DNA from: Candidatus Sumerlaeota bacterium
Lineage (GTDB): Bacteria > Sumerlaeota > Sumerlaeia > MWCT01 > JAUWMI01
Direction of reading: 5' to 3'
Length of the DNA stretch: 64,000 nt
NCBI GenBank assembly: GCA_030613245.1
Contig: JAUWMI010000019.1
Coordinates: 6,728 to 70,727 of the forward strand
In this document: positions 28,576-36,321 of the stretch, in pieces
Numbering within the stretch: the first letter of the stretch is position 1
How the letters are laid out: each line of letters starts with the position of its first letter
The notes under the pieces: model-generated
What the model was told of the DNA's origin: nothing
Database searches by the model: none
The model's input: the letters and a program-made list of their open reading frames with translations, nothing else
Position numbers and translations under genes: made by a program

Positions 28576-29406
28576 ATGGCACCGCGAATTGGAGTCTATA
28601 TTTGCCATTGTGGGTCGAATATCGCTGGCAAAGTGCGCACTGACGATGTTGTGGAGTACATGAAATCCCTGCCACAGGTTGTCATTGCAAAAGATTATAA
28701 GTTTATGTGCTCGGATCCCGGACAGGAACTCATTCAAAAAGATATTAAAGAACACAGGCTTGAGCGTGTGGTGGTGGCATCGTGCTCGCCGCTAATGCAC
28801 GAGCCAACGTTTCGTCGCGCCTGCGAGGACGCGGGGTTGAACCGCTATTTGCTTCAGATGACCAACATCCGGGAGCAGTGCTCCTGGGTAACCGAGGACG
28901 CTAATGCAGCCACGAATAAGGCCATGGCTTTGATCCGTGGAGCTGTGCATCGTGCAATGTACCAGGAGCCGCTGGAAACCAAGGAAGTTGACATTCATCC
29001 CGACACGCTTGTTGTCGGCGCTGGCATTGCCGGAATTCAGGCAGCGCTTGACCTGGCAGACGCGGGCAAGAAGGTCTATCTGGTCGAGAAAGAGCCAAGC
29101 ATCGGTGGCCATATGTCGCAATTCGATAAGACCTTTCCAACGCTCGATTGCGCAGCATGCATTCTGACCCCGAAAATGGTGTCAGTAGGAAAGCATCCAA
29201 ATATAGAGTTGATGACCTACAGTGAAGTGAAAGAAATTTCGGGGTATATAGGTAATTTTAAGGTAAAGATAACGCAGAAGGCGCGGTATGTTGATGTGGA
29301 TAAGTGCAACGGGTGTGGCCTGTGCTGGGAGAATTGCCCTTCGTTCACTCTTCCAAGGCGAAGAAGGATACGGATAGGGGATAAGGTGATAAAAGAGGTG
29401 AAGTAG
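28576..29406 (+). CDS. hdrA: HdrA-like flavoprotein, N-terminal ~255-residue fragment followed by 21 unrelated residues
   Basis: RIGVYICHCGSNIAG, CSPLMHEPTFR, NIREQCSWV, VVGAGIAGIQAALDLA, PSIGGHMSQFDKTFPTLDCAACILTPKM, CNGCGLCWENCP, then SFTLPRRRRIRIGDKVIKEVK-TAG. Strong SD AAGGAGAG. Confidence 0.75.
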   Translation: MAPRIGVYICHCGSNIAGKVRTDDVVEYMKSLPQVVIAKDYKFMCSDPGQELIQKDIKEHRLERVVVASCSPLMHEPTFRRACEDAGLNRYLLQMTNIREQCSWVTEDANAATNKAMALIRGAVHRAMYQEPLETKEVDIHPDTLVVGAGIAGIQAALDLADAGKKVYLVEKEPSIGGHMSQFDKTFPTLDCAACILTPKMVSVGKHPNIELMTYSEVKEISGYIGNFKVKITQKARYVDVDKCNGCGLCWENCPSFTLPRRRRIRIGDKVIKEVK

Positions 29407-29492
29407 AACGGTTAGTTCGGTTAAGCCGTTAGTCGGTTAAAAGGGGGAGATACCTTCCTTGCGGAGGGTAGTTGAGAAGCAGGGTTGAAGCA

Positions 29493-29843
29493 ATGAGACT
29501 GCGAGAGATATGCGATACATTGAAATGTGAGGTTATGGGGGGCGAAGATCAGCTTGATATGGAGATAGACGTTGGCTGTGGGGCTGATTTGATGAGCGAT
29601 GTTCTCGCGTTTATCAAGCCGAATGCGCTGATGCTTACAGGATTGGTAAATGCGCAAGTAGTGCGAACGGCGGATATAGCGGATGTAAAGGCGATAGTAT
29701 TTGTACGAGGGAAGAAACCGGATAAGGATACGATAGCGTTGGCAAAGGAGAAGGGTATACCGCTGCTCTCTACGAAGCTCTTAATGTATGAATCTTGCGG
29801 ACGGTTATACGCAGGAGGGCTTCGAGGGGGAAGTGAAGTTTAA
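29493..29843 (+). CDS. DRTGG domain-like protein
   Basis: ~116 aa. DLMSDVLAFIKPNALMLTGLVNAQVVRTA..AIVFVRGKKP..AKEKGIPLLST resembles DRTGG proteins found in hydrogenase-regulator clusters. Confidence 0.6.
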   Translation: MRLREICDTLKCEVMGGEDQLDMEIDVGCGADLMSDVLAFIKPNALMLTGLVNAQVVRTADIADVKAIVFVRGKKPDKDTIALAKEKGIPLLSTKLLMYESCGRLYAGGLRGGSEV

Positions 29844-29891
29844 CGTGTTGACAATGCGCCTTGTGCGTGAGGGTGGCGGATACAGGAAAAA

Positions 29892-30332
29892 GTGGAGACC
29901 TTGTTTTCGCAGCAATTCTTAGTTGAGGGTGGGGATTTCAGGAATGCAGGTAATGCTTCGACACAGATAAAGACCATACTCAAGCAGATAGGGATACCAG
30001 GAGAGGTAATAAGGAGAGTGGCGATAGCGGCGTATGAAGCAGAGATGAACATGGTGATGTATGCGAAGCGAGGGGTGATGACGCTGCGTATAGAGCCGAT
30101 GAAAGTTGAGATATCTGTGGAGGATGAGGGACCCGGGATAGAAGACATAGAGTTAGCGATGCAGGAGGGGTATTCGACGGCATCGCCGGAGATACGAGAG
30201 ATGGGATTTGGAGCGGGGATGGGTTTGCCGAACATAAAGAAGAATTCAGATGAGTTTTCAATTGCTTCCACGGTTGGAAAAGGAACGCAGTTGAGTATAC
30301 GGATAAGGAATAGGGTGGTGCAAAGCGAATGA
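29892..30332 (+). CDS. GHKL ATPase, anti-sigma-factor-type Ser/Thr protein kinase-like (RsbW/SpoIIAB-like)
   Basis: AAYEAEMNMV (N-box-like), EDEGPGIEDIELAMQEGYST, GFGAGMGLPNIKK. GTG start. Its stop overlaps the next start in ATGA. Confidence 0.7.
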   Translation: METLFSQQFLVEGGDFRNAGNASTQIKTILKQIGIPGEVIRRVAIAAYEAEMNMVMYAKRGVMTLRIEPMKVEISVEDEGPGIEDIELAMQEGYSTASPEIREMGFGAGMGLPNIKKNSDEFSIASTVGKGTQLSIRIRNRVVQSE

Positions 30333-31654
30333 AGACCTATTCTAGTTCAGTTTATGTGAACGTGGAGAAATGTAACGGGCGAATGATGTGTATGAGGATA
30401 TGCCCAACGGAAGCAATTCGGGTTCGTAATGGCAAAGCCGAATTGATAGTGGAGCAATGCATAGACTGCGGTGAGTGTATCAAGGTATGTCCAAATCGAG
30501 CGATAATACCAGCGACAGATTCTTTTTCCGACCTGTCGCATTTCAAGCATACGGTGGCAATACCGTCACCGGTACTCTATGGACAGTTTGGCCGAGACGT
30601 TACGCCGGAGATGATACAGGGTGCGTTACTGAAGCTGGGGTTTAATGAGGTTGCGGACATAACGGGAGCGTGCGAGGCCGTATCGCTGGCAATACGAGAG
30701 CATCTGGAGAATTATACACTTCGTAAGCCGCTGATATCGTCGTTTTGCCCGACGATAGTGCGCTTGATACAGGTGAAGTATCCGGATCTGGCGGAGCTGG
30801 TGGTGCCGTTTGAGTCGCCCAAGGAGATCGTGGCGAGGGAGGTAAAAGCGCAGAGGTCAAAGGAATTGGGTTTTAAGGAAGACGAGATAGGGGCGATATA
30901 TCTGACGCCGTGTCCTTCAAAGATGATAGACATAAAGCTTCATCCGCGTAAGGAGAAGTCTTTTATTGATGGAGCGATTTCAATAGCGGAGATATACAGC
31001 AGTGTAGTGGCACTTATGGCAGAGATGAGGAACGTGACACCGCCGGAGGTATCGATGAATAACGTCTCCGGAATAGGACTAGAGTGGACGATGCTCGGGG
31101 GACAAACGGCGTCGCTGCAGATGGAAAACAGTCTGGCAGTGGATGGACTGAAGAACGTGATCAGGGCTTTTGAGGATATAGAAAATGGTAGGCTACGGGA
31201 TATTGACTATATCGAGTGTCATTCGTGTCCGGAGGGGTGCATAGGAGGCTCGCTGACAGTTGAGAATCCATATGTATCGAGGAGTAATTTAATCGGGTTG
31301 ATGAAGCGATACGGAGATGAACCGAAGCGGAGCCGGGAGGAGATACAGGGGCTGTACAACAAGAAGTTTTTTTTCACGGAGAGGCGTTTGCCAGTAACTC
31401 CGCGTCAGCGGCTGGATGAGAATATCACGAAAGCAATAGAGAAGATGAGGAAGAAGGACGCGATATATCGAAATTTGCCGCAGATAAATTGTGGATGTTG
31501 TGGTGCCCCGAACTGTGGAGCTTTTGCCGAGGATGTGGTGCAAGGTGTGGCACAGATAACGGATTGCATATTTATTTATCAGGAGCGCCTGAAAGCAACG
31601 GGCCAGGAGATGCTGCGCTTGCTCAATAAGAAGCCAGGCTACATCAAAGATTAA
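30329..31654 (+). CDS. [FeFe]-hydrogenase-like protein, putative sensory (HydS/group C-like), with C-terminal Cys cluster
   Basis: N-terminal ferredoxin motifs (CIDCGECIKVCP). H-domain motif variants SSFCP, TPCPSK, ECHSCPEGCIGGS. C-terminal CGCCGAPNCGAF. Confidence 0.75.
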   Translation: MKTYSSSVYVNVEKCNGRMMCMRICPTEAIRVRNGKAELIVEQCIDCGECIKVCPNRAIIPATDSFSDLSHFKHTVAIPSPVLYGQFGRDVTPEMIQGALLKLGFNEVADITGACEAVSLAIREHLENYTLRKPLISSFCPTIVRLIQVKYPDLAELVVPFESPKEIVAREVKAQRSKELGFKEDEIGAIYLTPCPSKMIDIKLHPRKEKSFIDGAISIAEIYSSVVALMAEMRNVTPPEVSMNNVSGIGLEWTMLGGQTASLQMENSLAVDGLKNVIRAFEDIENGRLRDIDYIECHSCPEGCIGGSLTVENPYVSRSNLIGLMKRYGDEPKRSREEIQGLYNKKFFFTERRLPVTPRQRLDENITKAIEKMRKKDAIYRNLPQINCGCCGAPNCGAFAEDVVQGVAQITDCIFIYQERLKATGQEMLRLLNKKPGYIKD

Positions 31655-31688
31655 TGCGCCTACCCTGGCGCATAAAGGATGAAGGGCG

Positions 31689-32027
31689 ATGAAATTAGAC
31701 CAGATCGTTCGCCAATTGGGAGTGAGGGTTCGCACCACAGAGGATAAGGTGAAGGAGGTAGAGGTTAAGGGCGGATATGCGAGTGATTTGTTGAGCGACG
31801 TCATAGGAAATGCGAAGGAAGGGTATTTGTGGGTGACGTTGCAGACGCATGCGAATATATTGGCGGTAGCGAAGTTGAAGGATATCGCGGCGATCTTGTT
31901 GGTGAATAGCCGTAAGCCGGACGCCGATACGCTCGAAAAGGCAGAGAAGGAAGGGATTGTGTTGCTAGAGAGTGATCTTTCGACGTTCGAGCTGGTCGGA
32001 AGATTGTATGAAATGGGGATACGGTGA
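31689..32027 (+). CDS. DRTGG domain-like protein (second copy)
   Basis: 112 aa. ASDLLSDVIGNAKEGYLWVTLQTHANILAVA..AILLVNSRKP..AEKEGIVLLES is a paralogue of 29493..29843. Confidence 0.6.
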   Translation: MKLDQIVRQLGVRVRTTEDKVKEVEVKGGYASDLLSDVIGNAKEGYLWVTLQTHANILAVAKLKDIAAILLVNSRKPDADTLEKAEKEGIVLLESDLSTFELVGRLYEMGIR

Positions 32028-32100
32028 TCGCCGAGGCGATGAGGGGCATTCTTCAGAGTGCCCACGCTTTGGCGTTAAGCTGATTGAAAGATGAAGGGAG

Positions 32101-32823
32101 ATGGCGAAAGGAATTGCCGCAGATTTGCATATACATACGTGTCTGTCGCCATGCGGCGAGTTGGAGATGTCGCCCAAAGGAATCGTTGAGGAGGCTTTGC
32201 GAAAGGGAATTGATATAATCGCCGTCTGCGATCACAACAGTGCGGAAAATGCACCCGCGGTGATCGAGGCTGCAAGGGGCAGCGGACTGCTGGTGCTGCC
32301 AGGTATAGAGATTACAACACGGGAAGAAGTTCATATAGCCGGGCTCTTTGATAGATGCGCCGATGCTCTGAAGGTTCAGGAGTTTGTGTATCAGCATTTG
32401 TATGGAGAAAATGACGAAGAGGCGTTCGGCGTGCAGCCGGTGGTGAACGCAGAGGGTGAAGTTTTGGAACTTAACCAGCGGCTACTGATCGGCTCAGCCG
32501 ATATTTCGGTCGAGGAGACGGTGGAGCAGATTCACAGGGCAGGGGGTTTGGCGATAGCGGCACACATAGACCGGGAGGCTTTTGGGATAATAGGGCAGCT
32601 GGGATTTATTCCGGATGACCTGGAGCTGGATGCGCTGGAGATTTCGAGCCGGACGACGGTAGAGGAAGCGAGGAGGAAATTCCAGGGGTGTGAAAGGTAT
32701 TTCATTTTCAGGTCTTCGGATGCGCATCGTTTGAAAGAGATAGGGCAGGCGGTAACGGAGATGGAGCTCGGTGAGGTCTCTTTCAAAGCGATTCGAGAGA
32801 TGTTAAGGACGATTCACCCATAA
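32101..32823 (+). CDS. PHP-domain phosphoesterase
   Basis: ADLHIHTCLSPCG..IIAVCDHNS..AAHIDRE..SSDAHRL are the His/Asp metal-ligand blocks of the PHP superfamily. Confidence 0.8.
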   Translation: MAKGIAADLHIHTCLSPCGELEMSPKGIVEEALRKGIDIIAVCDHNSAENAPAVIEAARGSGLLVLPGIEITTREEVHIAGLFDRCADALKVQEFVYQHLYGENDEEAFGVQPVVNAEGEVLELNQRLLIGSADISVEETVEQIHRAGGLAIAAHIDREAFGIIGQLGFIPDDLELDALEISSRTTVEEARRKFQGCERYFIFRSSDAHRLKEIGQAVTEMELGEVSFKAIREMLRTIHP

Positions 32824-32871
32824 AATTGGTGACTGATTTTGAGCAATTTTGGAAACGCTCGCCTACGGTAA

Positions 32872-33396
32872 TTGACTGTGCAGGATTTATCGCTTCACAT
32901 ATTGGATATAGTAGAGAATTCAATAACGGCTGGAGCGAAGAATGTTGAGATAAGGCTGATAGAGGATACAGAGGTGGATGTTCTGATTCTGGAGATAGAC
33001 GATGATGGCGTGGGGATGGATGAGGAGATGGTGCGCAAGGCGGCAGACCCGTTTGTGACGAGTCGAACTGAGAGAGACGTGGGTCTCGGTTTGGCGCTTC
33101 TTGCGCAGGCCGCAGAGATGGCGAACGGGAAGATAACCATAGAATCGAAGCGGGGCAAGGGGACACACGTAAAGGCGACGTTTCAATACAGTCATATAGA
33201 CAGAAAACCGTTGGGGAATGTAGGGGATACGCTGATAACTTTGATATGCGGGAATGCAGAGATAGATTTCACATTCTATCACAAGTGGCCGCTACGGGAA
33301 GTAAGGATCTCGACAAAGGAGATGAAGGAACGCCTTGGACGGGCGAACCTTGACTATATAGACACTGCTCGAGAGGTGCGAAGAAGACTCCAATAG
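32872..33396 (+). CDS. histidine-kinase-like (GHKL) ATPase, second copy
   Basis: LDIVENSITAGA (N box), IDDDGVGMD (G1), DVGLGLALL (G2). TTG start as given by the ORF track. Confidence 0.7.
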   Translation: MTVQDLSLHILDIVENSITAGAKNVEIRLIEDTEVDVLILEIDDDGVGMDEEMVRKAADPFVTSRTERDVGLGLALLAQAAEMANGKITIESKRGKGTHVKATFQYSHIDRKPLGNVGDTLITLICGNAEIDFTFYHKWPLREVRISTKEMKERLGRANLDYIDTAREVRRRLQ

Positions 33397-33435
33397 GTAA
33401 GCCAGACGGCTCGCGTCTGGGACAGGAGGCAGGAG

Positions 33436-33903
33436 ATGAAGGATAGCGTGCTGGAGCTCGAAAAGGTCCAGGAAATTATTCAGCGGTGGAACGGGAAGCA
33501 AGAGTTTCTTATTGAAATGCTTCAGGACGTTCAGGCGGAATATCGTTATTTGCCCAGGGAGGTGCTTGAGGAGATTGCCCGAACCATAGAGGTTCCACTT
33601 GGTAGGGTATATCATTTGGCGACGTTTTTTAAGGGGTTCAGTCTAACCCCGAGAGGAGAGTATGAAGTAAGCGTTTGTATGGGTACGGCATGCCATGTAA
33701 AAGGGGGGAAGCGGATACTGGATGCATTTTCGCGGCAGTTGAAGATCGAGGAGGGTGGGACTACAGGGGATCAGAAATTCAGTCTGGACTCGGTTCGATG
33801 TCTTGGATGTTGCGGTCTGGCACCAGTCGTGACGATAAATGAAGATCTTTACGGGAATATAAATTCGACAAGGGTAGCTGCGATATTGAAAAAATATAAA
33901 TAA
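33436..33903 (+). CDS. NuoE/HndA/HydC-like [2Fe-2S] subunit
   Basis: VCMGTACHVKGG..VRCLGCCGLAPVVTIN holds the four Cys of the NuoE-type cluster. Confidence 0.9.
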   Translation: MKDSVLELEKVQEIIQRWNGKQEFLIEMLQDVQAEYRYLPREVLEEIARTIEVPLGRVYHLATFFKGFSLTPRGEYEVSVCMGTACHVKGGKRILDAFSRQLKIEEGGTTGDQKFSLDSVRCLGCCGLAPVVTINEDLYGNINSTRVAAILKKYK

Positions 33904-33943
33904 GCCGGACGGCTCCGGTCTGGCAGAAGGTGGTGCATAGAAG

Positions 33944-34327
33944 ATGAAAAAGCTCACGATTACAGACCTTGAGAAGCTGCGCCAAAAGATTCAGGAAGAC
34001 CATACTGTGCGAGAGGGAAAGGCACTTGCTACGATAAACCTGCATATGGGAACTTGCGGGATTGCTGCTGGGATGAGGAAGGTCATGACGGCCTTGTTGC
34101 AGGAGATTGAAGCAAAGGACATTAAGAATGTGCGCGTGAGCACGTCTGGGTGCGCGGGTTTATGTAGCCGAGAGCCCATGGCAACGGTTCTGATTGCAGG
34201 GCAACCACCGGTAAAATATGCTGACCTTACGGATGAAAAGATTCGGAGAATACTGAATGAGCATGTGCTTGGTGGCAACCTTGTTAAGGAATATGTGCTC
34301 GCAGTAGGAAGCGAGCGCGTGGGATAG
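33944..34327 (+). CDS. HndB-like thioredoxin-fold [2Fe-2S] ferredoxin
   Basis: NLHMGTCGIAAG..STSGCAGLCSREPMATV. Confidence 0.8.
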   Translation: MKKLTITDLEKLRQKIQEDHTVREGKALATINLHMGTCGIAAGMRKVMTALLQEIEAKDIKNVRVSTSGCAGLCSREPMATVLIAGQPPVKYADLTDEKIRRILNEHVLGGNLVKEYVLAVGSERVG

Positions 34328-34411
34328 CAAGGGACGGGGAGGAAAAGTAAAAGGAAATGGCGGTATTGAAAGACCAGAAATTAGCATGTTTATACCCAGG
34401 AGGTTGAAGAA

Positions 34412-36226
34412 ATGCCATACCGACTGCATATGTTGCTATGCGCGGGTACGGGCTGTGTGAGTAATCGCTCGTTGGAGGTAAAAGAGGCTTTGGAGAAGGA
34501 GATTCAGCAACGCGGTCTTGAGAGCGAGATTCAGGTGATTGCGACAGGTTGCAATGGGTTTTGCGGTGTAGGACCAATAGTACTTGTGCAACCAGACGGA
34601 ATTTTTTACCAGCAGGTAAAGGTAAGGGATATTCCTGCACTGGTAGAGGAGCACCTGGTAAAGGGGAGACCGTATAAGAAGCTGATGTTTACGCCGAGCA
34701 AAGAGGCCGAGCCAATACCGAAGATGAATGATATACCTTTCTTCGGTAAGCAGATGTTGATAGCATTAAGGAACCGTGGGCTTATTGATCCAGAGAACAT
34801 TGAGGAGTATATTGCTCGAGATGGATACAAGGCCCTGGCGAAAGTCCTCTCTTCTATGACACCGGAACAGGTGATCGAAGAGGTAAAGGTATCAGGCCTG
34901 CGCGGGCGAGGTGGTGGTGGATTCCCAACAGGATTAAAGTGGGAAGTGTGCCGCAATGCGATCGGGGATGAGAAATACTTAATTTGCAATTGCGATGAGG
35001 GCGACCCGGGAGCATTTATGGATCGAAGCATTGTTGAGAGCGATCCGCATTCTGTCATTGAGGGAATGGCGATAGGCGCATACGCAGTTGGGATACTGCA
35101 AGCATATATTTACGTTCGAATGGAATATCCGTTAGCATTGAAGCGTTTTATTCTGGCGCTTGACCAGGCGCGGGAATACGGGCTTATCGGAGAGAATATT
35201 CTGGGGACTAGCTTCAGTTTTGACATAGAGGTTCATCGTGGTGCGGGTGCGTTTGTCTGCGGGGAGGAGACGGCTCTGATAGCTTCAATAGAGGGTAAGC
35301 CAGGCGAGCCGCGAGCGAAGTATGTCTACCCTGCGCAACAGGGTCTGCGAGATATGCCTACGTTGATAAACAATGTCGAGACATGGGCCAACATACCCGT
35401 AATAATTCAACGTGGTGCGAAATGGTTCTCCAGTATAGGCACGCGTGATGTCAGCGAATCGGAACAGGGGGGAAGCACTGGCACGAAGGTCTTCTCGCTT
35501 GTCGGGAAGGTAAACAATACTGGGCTGGTTGAGGTCCCGATGGGGATAAAGTTGCGTGAGATAATTTACGATATAGGCGGGGGAATAGCTGGAGGAAAAC
35601 GATTCAAAGCAGTTCAGACAGGCGGCCCTTCAGGCGGTTGCCTTCCAGAGGAGTTACTGGATTTGCCAGTAGATTTTGATCGTTTGCTGAGTGTGGGCTC
35701 GATGATGGGTTCTGGCGGGATGATAGTGATGGATGAAGAAGATTGTATGGTAGACGTTGCGCGATACTTTATAGATTTTCTGAACGGTGAATCGTGCGGG
35801 AAGTGCACGCCTTGTCGAGAAGGTCTGCGGCAGATGAGAGAGATTCTGAACCGAATTTGCGACGGAAAAGGTGAGGATGCGGATATACAGAAGTTAGAAG
35901 ATTTGTCAGAGCTGATGGTGGAAGGGTCGCTGTGTGCGCTGGGCGGTACTGCACCGAATCCGGTGTTAAACACGCTGCGATATTTCAAGGATGAATACGT
36001 TGCGCATATAAAGGATAGGCGGTGCCCGGCGGGCACTTGTCAAGCGCTCATAACCTACCGGATTGACGCTGAAAAATGCACGGGCTGCGCGCTTTGTGCG
36101 AAGCATTGTCCGGTAAATTGTATAAGCGGTGAGCCGAAAAAGCTGCATACGATTGAAATATCAGCGTGCATCAAGTGCGGCACTTGCTATGATGCGTGCA
36201 GGTTTGATGCAGTAATACGGAAATGA
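34412..36226 (+). CDS. NuoF/HndC/HydB-like NAD(H)-binding FMN subunit with extra Fe-S domains
   Basis: N-terminal CAGTGC..GCNGFC thioredoxin-like 2Fe-2S. GRGGGGFPTGLKW FMN site. ESCGKCTPCREG N3 cluster. C-terminal 2x CxxCxxCxxxC. Confidence 0.9.
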   Translation: MPYRLHMLLCAGTGCVSNRSLEVKEALEKEIQQRGLESEIQVIATGCNGFCGVGPIVLVQPDGIFYQQVKVRDIPALVEEHLVKGRPYKKLMFTPSKEAEPIPKMNDIPFFGKQMLIALRNRGLIDPENIEEYIARDGYKALAKVLSSMTPEQVIEEVKVSGLRGRGGGGFPTGLKWEVCRNAIGDEKYLICNCDEGDPGAFMDRSIVESDPHSVIEGMAIGAYAVGILQAYIYVRMEYPLALKRFILALDQAREYGLIGENILGTSFSFDIEVHRGAGAFVCGEETALIASIEGKPGEPRAKYVYPAQQGLRDMPTLINNVETWANIPVIIQRGAKWFSSIGTRDVSESEQGGSTGTKVFSLVGKVNNTGLVEVPMGIKLREIIYDIGGGIAGGKRFKAVQTGGPSGGCLPEELLDLPVDFDRLLSVGSMMGSGGMIVMDEEDCMVDVARYFIDFLNGESCGKCTPCREGLRQMREILNRICDGKGEDADIQKLEDLSELMVEGSLCALGGTAPNPVLNTLRYFKDEYVAHIKDRRCPAGTCQALITYRIDAEKCTGCALCAKHCPVNCISGEPKKLHTIEISACIKCGTCYDACRFDAVIRK

Positions 36227-36321
36227 TGTTACCTGGCGTTTCGCCGGCTGTCTGGCATGGCGAAGCGCGTCTCAGATAACAACGGTACAGCAGGGGATAG
36301 TAAACTAAAAAGGAGTAGACC

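Noticed and set aside
29404-29406. Stop codon of the hdrA N-fragment as selenocysteine recoding or a sequencing frameshift
   Set aside because: The stop is TAG, not TGA. HdrA similarity is already lost 21 codons earlier, and neither alternative frame after 29342 continues HdrA-like sequence.
31289-32065. 258-aa minus-strand ORF across the HydS-like/DRTGG genes
   Set aside because: Antisense shadow of a purine-rich coding strand (the Ser/Leu/Phe/Thr-rich translation follows from the pyrimidine-rich complement). The plus-strand genes have recognisable domains.
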